A DNA stretch of 32,003 nucleotides from Octopus bimaculoides (lineage: Eukaryota), in contig NC_068983.1 in NCBI RefSeq assembly GCF_001194135.2, forward strand, positions 52,009,823 to 52,041,825, written 5' to 3'. Shown piece after piece: positions 24,952 to 32,003 of this stretch (its first letter is position 1; each line of letters starts with the position of its first letter). The notes under the pieces were generated by a model. The model searched no databases, was not told where the DNA came from, and saw nothing but the letters and a program-made list of their open reading frames with translations. Both the position numbers and the translations under genes were made by a program.

Positions 24952-25515
24952 GGATCTTTTTTAAAACGGGGGCCACATTTTTCATTAACGAAACACTTTG
25001 AAACTTGGAACACTGGTAGAATGTGTCATATAAAACATCTTTTTCTCTTAGTCTTCTTTAAAAAAAAAAAGAAATCCATCAGTTATTCCATGTTAAAGTT
25101 GTCGTATTTCTGTAATTTCAACCAATCACTGACGTCCATTCAGCCGATATACATTAAGTGCCGACTACATAAACAAACGATTCTGAAACAATTAACCCTA
25201 ACCCTAGGGTTAGGGTTAGGGTTAAAGCAAATTTAAAATGAAAAAAGCAAATAAAACGAAGGTATGGAGATTAAATACGCTTTACATCGCTTAATCAGAC
25301 AAAGGAGTAAATGTAAACAACTGAATACTTGTCAGTGATTGGTTGAAATTATCGAAATAAGACAATTTTTTACATGAAATAAATTCGAATACAAAAATAT
25401 TTTTCTGTTCTATAATACAAAATAGATAAGTATACGAAGTTTGAAAGTCTTTCCGTACCAAAAACACTACGTAAAACATTAATGAAAAATGTGGCCCCCG
25501 TTTTAAAATAGATCC
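24952..25515. mobile_element. 564-bp non-autonomous TIR foldback element, possibly Merlin-like
   Basis: 37-bp TIRs GGATCT(T/A)TTTTAAAACGGGGGCCACATTTTTCATTAA (36/37 identical); inner inverted repeat 25113-25143 / 25321-25351; 8-bp flanks TAATTTTC / CAATTTTC. Confidence 0.82.
25192..25225. repeat. Palindromic interstitial telomeric repeat (TAACCC)n/(TTAGGG)n
   Basis: TTAACCCTAACCCTAGGGTTAGGGTTAGGGTTAA with a CCTAGG dyad at the strand switch. Confidence 0.9.
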
Positions 25516-27334
25516 CAATTTTCTTATACATTGTAAAACATGATGCTCCTATTAATATCCAAAACTAAATCTCTTCAATTTCTTTATAAAACTACAGTAT
25601 CAAAACTCCGATAATATATCTCAACAAGGATTTTGTGCTTTGTAATTTATATCTTGTAAAACATTCAACCACAAATGTATATTGCTAGTAAACTGAGATG
25701 CTGATACGGCAGCGATATTAGATCTACTTCACTACATCACTGTTAATGCATGTATAAATCATGTGGAAATTGACTTTTATAACATGCATTGAGGGGTATT
25801 AAAACAAGAACATATGCTAGAAACATACAAAATAAATCATTTAGATTTTAACTTCCAGGATGTTTGATTTGAATGAATTTCTATTACATCACAATCTGAA
25901 TTAAGAAATATATATTTTAATCACTTGATATTTATTACTGTGAAGAAATTATGTATTGTAAGAATGATATAAAAGTTGACGAATAAAAATACAATATTTG
26001 GAGGAGATTTATCTGTCAGTACCAAATTGGAGTGATGCTAATAGAGAATATTGTGCACTGCATAGAAATATCTGATCCATTCATCAATGATCCGAGATAA
26101 ATCGGTATGTTAATTCTGAACACTGTAACGCCCATCACGAAGCCATCTGTGATGACATTGGTCGGTGATTAGTCAAAGAGTTCGCTTGAGGCACAAAGTT
26201 GTGCTCCAGCGATCCTCTACAACAAACACCTATTCTGCATTAATCAGTGATCCATTTCACGTAGTCGTTTCTTTAGCCAGACACCCGTGTAAAACGTGGA
26301 TAGGTACATGGAAAGGTAGAATGCAAGAATATCCATATATTGAGAATTAAAAATACAAATTAAAGGCTTACGTGTGTAAGCTGAATGTTAATCGCAAGAA
26401 TTCCTGATAAGAATTTTGAAAAATTGAAGAAAATATTTGAACAAATTTGAAAGGATGATTACAATAGTAATTATGGAATATATTACTAAATTTAAGCTTA
26501 AATTAATAATAATTACAAAATATTAATTTCTATTTTGTTCTTAATTGTATCACGAAAATTGACATTTGATAAAATCAGTTATGATGCAACCTATGATAAC
26601 AGTTATAAAAGCATGAGGAAACCAATATAATTGATATAATATGGAAACGAAACAATACACAAATTCAAAACTAATTTTAAAATCATTAGAAATGTCAGCG
26701 GGTAGTAGTAATAATATATTTAATACTTTTATGTCTTATTGTGGTACGTTATAACATTATGGACGTTGTAGATTTATTAAAATAAAGAAACAATTTAATG
26801 AAGTTACTTTTAAGATTATATAAAACAAATCATTGTTATTCACGTATTGGTATATGAAGACACTTGTTTAAAGCATACAACATAAAAGAACGCGAAGCAA
26901 TCCGGCAATGTTTTATCAGTAAAATCCCCCCTCCGATTTGTCTTTCCTTCTTTAAGGTGTGTCGATAATTTTACTATAAGCTAGGTGTGGAAAATATAGA
27001 TTAATATTCTGTTTGTATACTGCAGACTGCAAACAGCATAAAACGGTTTAATCAAAACTGACAACATTCTGTCTCCTTAATTTTGCAACTAATTAGGAAC
27101 GTATGAAGAGTTTACTAAGCGTCGTATATGTATATGTATATTCATCGAATCTACTTCAAGGAAAATCGAGAAATAAATACACATAATGTTCAATATTATA
27201 AAACGGATAAACATTGAGGGATGACAAGGAAAAAGGACGAAATATGTTGTATTTTTATATAGGACAGCCACAAATTTTGTGTCTAATTTTTTTCGTCTAA
27301 ATTTTGCAAAAAGGCCAGTAATTTTGAGGCGAGC

Positions 27335-27530
27335 AGATGTCGATTACGTCGAATCCAGAGCTCAGTTATTTATTCTATCGATCATGGAAGGAAGGAAGGA
27401 AGGAAGGAAGGAAGGAAGGAAGGAAGGAAGGAAAGTTAAACTCGATGACATTTGATCTCAGAGCATAAAGAAACTGAAGAAATGCTGCTAACCATTTTCT
27501 TCCAGCGTGCTAATGATGCTGTCAGCTTAC
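27335..27530 (-). mobile_element. Degenerate SINE family B copy with a (GGAA)n expansion in its core
   Basis: Flanks TTCTATCGATCAT and AAAGTTAAACTCGA...CAGCGTGCTAATGA align with 8750-8862; GGAA run 27386-27434. Confidence 0.6.
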
Positions 27531-28075
27531 CATCTTTTATAGAGACGAAATTATGATCTCCACTATTTGTTTTAGGTGTTATTCAGGAGTCTAGAATAGC
27601 AATACCAAAAGCGAAAAAATAAGTCAGAGAAACAGACTATAGACGAAAATATTTTACTGACTGGAAACGGCAGAGTATTTTGTATGTTATTAAAAACATT
27701 ACTAAGTTCAAATGAAGACACAGTTTTTGTTGAAATGTTCATTCGACTGGAATCTGCCAGTAAATTTGGCATAATTGCAACTAATTAATAGTGAAATGAA
27801 CCAAGTTTGTGTCATTTTTTTCCCCAAAACGATATTTTTTGTTTTTTTCCCTCAAATTTATCTTTTTGTTTAATCATTTACATCAATATTTCTCTAGTGA
27901 CATTTTGTGGCTTTATTTATAATTCTTATTTTTCAGTATTATTATGAGTATTGGTGAAATCAATAAATATCCAAGTATACAGAAGTACATACATAATGAT
28001 ACCCGTATGCGCACACATATTCAGAAAGAATTTCACACACATTCAACTCATGTATGTGTATGAATGTATAGAGGC

Positions 28076-28079
<4 letters not shown>

Positions 28080-28149
<70 letters not shown>
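28080..28149. repeat. (TG)n microsatellite
   Basis: Perfect TG run. Confidence 0.97.
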
Positions 28150-28152
<3 letters not shown>

Positions 28153-29231
28153 CGTACACACAGGTGTACATTCATAAATACATACATACGCGCACACATA
28201 CACACATATATATATATACATGCATGTGTACAGGCACACACACACACACACATATTATATATATATCTGTATGTGCCTGTATATTTCCACGTGTATTTTC
28301 AGACTAATACATATGTAGATACATACGTATATGAACATTAATGTTCGAGTGTGCATTTGAAGCTATTTCATCGTTACGAATCAGATGTTGTTCCAATCTA
28401 TCTGATTATTAAATAAACGACGTTATACTCATATAAAGTAGAAATCTTTATGATAATATTTATACACTTATGAACTTAGAGAAAGGTAGGATTACGAAAT
28501 GATAAAATACATACTCTACAGCATTCGATTACTGACAGATGACGGCTTTATTTAGTAACAAGAATTATTGGCCCTGTTATGAAATAAACTAACGTAAGAA
28601 TGCGATATATTTGCCGCAAGATAGGAAGTTTTTCCCTAAAGGTATTGCGGATTTAGTTCAGATCACTCGTTATAATTGGTAAACCCATCGACAATAACAT
28701 TCAATGTTGATCCCTCTTATAAGAATGACATATATGTAACCTACAATTCTACAAGTTTAACTGGACATATTGAATTATTTATATATGCAAATAAACATAC
28801 TTAATCAAAATTAGTTGCATAGAGGTCAAAATGATTAGGAATTTGGGAAATAATTTATTATTGAATAACAATTATATTGCTGACTATCAGCCAGGTTAGG
28901 ATATCCATGAAATTCTAAGCTCTAACTAAATCCTTTTCCCATGAATGCTTGTTAGTTCGTCTACTATGTTTATTTAAGGACTTCTACTTGATCAAACATG
29001 GAGCAATACATGGTTTGGGAACACGAATATCCTTCTTTGTGACAACAAAGATTTTGAAACTTAAAATGTTGAAATAAATTACTTTTGGCGGTGAAACGCA
29101 AAGTGGATAAAACTATAAATAATAATCTGGAGATATTAGGTTCAAAAGAATACTTAATTTGGAAACCTCCAACACATCTCATTTGTCACATTTACAGATG
29201 ACTTCGCTTCGTCTCATATGGGAAGTCCTCA

Positions 29232-29269
<38 letters not shown>

Positions 29270-29271
<2 letters not shown>

Positions 29272-29317
29272 TAGCAGAAATACCCGGCGTTGCCCGGGTT
29301 AGGGATTCACACAGACA

Positions 29318-29352
<35 letters not shown>
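29270..29352 (+). mobile_element. Possible Helitron/Helentron-type non-autonomous element end
   Basis: TCTAGCAGAAATACCCGGCGTTGCCCGGGT (CTAG plus ACCCGG/CCGGGT hairpin) next to (TA)n and followed by (ACAG)2(CA)n, as in DINE-1/Lep1-like elements. Confidence 0.45.
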
Positions 29353-29354
<2 letters not shown>

Positions 29355-29946
29355 TCCCAATACATGTAGAATTCCTCACCATACAGGTGAGAGGCACAGC
29401 TGTAAGATGCATTACGGATCTATAGCAATTGGAAGGGCATGACCCAATTGAAATAACAAAGTGTGACGTTTGGAGTAAAGGGAAATGAAAGCGTCGCCTC
29501 TGGAGTTTGCAAAAAACCACTATACCGATAGGTAACTGTGCAGACAAAATTTACAATCGATAAATGTCTTAGAACAACCATTCTCTCACCTGGGAAGGCC
29601 TTGAAATCAATGTTACTAACTGGGGACTATGTGTGTCGCAGTGATAATAAAAAGACTCAAAGGAGGCCTGCAACGAAATAATTTTACTCAACACTTTGCA
29701 AGTGAATCAGTGGAGGCAAAGATGCGTCTCATTTACTTGACAATTTATGCACCACATTGCAGAAATCACAATGTAAGTATATCTGAACGGGTAGTCTTAC
29801 ACTGTCGTACCGTTGAATTACAAATAATGCTCATCTGTTATGTTCGGGTTAAAATTTCATCAACATCAAAAATATATGAATTTTCATGGGAGTTATGGCC
29901 GTTATGCATAGAATATAATTTCCAAATTTCATAAAGATCCATTCAG

Positions 29947-30905
29947 NNNNNNNNNNNNNNNNNNNNNNNNNNNNNNNNNNNNNNNNNNNNNNNNNNNNNN
30001 NNNNNNNNNNNNNNNNNNNNNNNNNNNNNNNNNNNNNNNNNNNNNNNNNNNNNNNNNNNNNNNNNNNNNNNNNNNNNNNNNNNNNNNNNNNNNNNNNNNN
30101 NNNNNNNNNNNNNNNNNNNNNNNNNNNNNNNNNNNNNNNNNNNNNNNNNNNNNNNNNNNNNNNNNNNNNNNNNNNNNNNNNNNNNNNNNNNNNNNNNNNN
30201 NNNNNNNNNNNNNNNNNNNNNNNNNNNNNNNNNNNNNNNNNNNNNNNNNNNNNNNNNNNNNNNNNNNNNNNNNNNNNNNNNNNNNNNNNNNNNNNNNNNN
30301 NNNNNNNNNNNNNNNNNNNNNNNNNNNNNNNNNNNNNNNNNNNNNNNNNNNNNNNNNNNNNNNNNNNNNNNNNNNNNNNNNNNNNNNNNNNNNNNNNNNN
30401 NNNNNNNNNNNNNNNNNNNNNNNNNNNNNNNNNNNNNNNNNNNNNNNNNNNNNNNNNNNNNNNNNNNNNNNNNNNNNNNNNNNNNNNNNNNNNNNNNNNN
30501 NNNNNNNNNNNNNNNNNNNNNNNNNNNNNNNNNNNNNNNNNNNNNNNNNNNNNNNNNNNNNNNNNNNNNNNNNNNNNNNNNNNNNNNNNNNNNNNNNNNN
30601 NNNNNNNNNNNNNNNNNNNNNNNNNNNNNNNNNNNNNNNNNNNNNNNNNNNNNNNNNNNNNNNNNNNNNNNNNNNNNNNNNNNNNNNNNNNNNNNNNNNN
30701 NNNNNNNNNNNNNNNNNNNNNNNNNNNNNNNNNNNNNNNNNNNNNNNNNNNNNNNNNNNNNNNNNNNNNNNNNNNNNNNNNNNNNNNNNNNNNNNNNNNN
30801 NNNNNNNNNNNNNNNNNNNNNNNNNNNNNNNNNNNNNNNNNNNNNNNNNNNNNNNNNNNNNNNNNNNNNNNNNNNNNNNNNNNNNNNNNNNNNNNNNNNN
30901 NNNNN
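29947..30905. other. Assembly gap (959 N)
   Basis: N run. Confidence 1.
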
Positions 30906-30931
30906 TTTATATATATAGATATATATATATA

Positions 30932-31058
30932 CAGGGTGTCCACAAAGTTTGGGTACATGGGCATTAACACGTACTTTAAGAAATTCTTATTTCTCATATT
31001 TAATTGTTTATGTTATGATTTTATTTACTCCATGTACCCAGACATTGGGGACACCCTG
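30932..31058. mobile_element. 127-bp Tc1/mariner-type MITE
   Basis: 29-bp TIRs CAGGGTGTCC(A/C)CAA(A/T)GT(T/C)TGGGTACATGG (26/29 identical), with TA at 30930-31 and 31059-60. Confidence 0.9.
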
Positions 31059-31719
31059 TAAATACATACAAAATATGGGGACTGAAGCAACATATAATTC
31101 GTAACGATGAAATATATATATATATATACCCACATGGATAAGTGAAGTGCTCAGTACACAATTCAAGAGTGTCTTCACTTCTCCTCTGAGTCACATGCAG
31201 ATAAAGAACCCAGCTGATTTCTTTGACAATAGCACTCAGCAGAAAAAGACTGCAATAAATATTTGCTGAAACCGACACAAAACTCGGTACCTGTTGTTTA
31301 ACGACGGTCCTTGCATTATATCCGTTGAAAAAGAAAGAAGATAGTATATATACAACGCACATTAATGTGTGTGAACAAAAGCGAACAACCCTCTTCGAAG
31401 GAACCACGCATGTGGTAAGAGATTGTAAAGATAGAAATTTGAGCTAAGTTTTATTCTTTATTCTTTCTAATTTTTATTCTATATTCTTTCTAAAAAATTA
31501 CGACAAAATAATTTGTTTTACACTTGTTTGTTAACATACTGTAATTTCTCTCACAGAATAGTTTTTGCTTTTGTTTATTTACGATAAAATTTATTTACGA
31601 TAAAATCGTTCTTAGTTTATTTACATACTGAAATCTTAAAGTATTAAAAGTTTTCACTCAATTTCCCTTATAGTCACCTCGTTTTAAATACTCTTAATCA
31701 AAAATCTCTATTCTTATCC

Positions 31720-31957
31720 CATCTTCTCTCCCTCACTTTTTCTCTCTTAGTTTCTTTGTTTCTCACCCTCTCTCTCTGTTTTCCGTGATATATATATTTC
31801 TCGTTTTTCATCTCATTTTCATTTTGTCTTGGCTCATTTTGTTTGTTTCTCTCTTGAGTTATCTCTCTCATACATCTCTATTCCTATCACATCCTCTCTC
31901 TCTCTTTCTTTATCTATCTATCTATCTATCTTGTACTCTGTACGCACTCTCTATTCG

Positions 31958-32003
<46 letters not shown>
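31720..32003. repeat. Pyrimidine-rich (CT)/(TATC) low-complexity tract ending in (TA)n
   Basis: Direct reading. Confidence 0.85.

Noticed and set aside
31575-31606. 16-bp tandem duplication TTATTTACGATAAAAT
   Set aside because: Simple local slippage duplication with no further context.

Overview
AT-rich, microsatellite-dense animal genomic DNA with four N gaps. The SINE families and TA/CA repeat load resemble an octopus or other coleoid cephalopod genome; this is inferred from pattern recognition, not from a search. No intact host protein-coding gene can be supported, and most listed ORFs are microsatellite, gap or antisense artefacts. Recognisable content: a decayed Ty3/Gypsy LTR retrotransposon lacking RT/RNase H (~2.6-5.75 kb), an internally deleted mariner (7769-8659), several tRNA-derived SINEs, a Tc1/mariner-type MITE, and a 564-bp TIR foldback element with a palindromic telomeric core. 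The most interesting signal is two related, divergent foldback elements (6288-6696 and 16313-16856). Each arm carries a type I hammerhead-ribozyme motif (stem I-CUGAGGA-long stem II-GAAAC-tetraloop-GUA-stem I) reading outward. The loop is palindromic in three of the four arms, and one copy (6573-6660, +) has an intact core. The architecture resembles Penelope-like element pseudo-LTRs or retrozyme-like elements.
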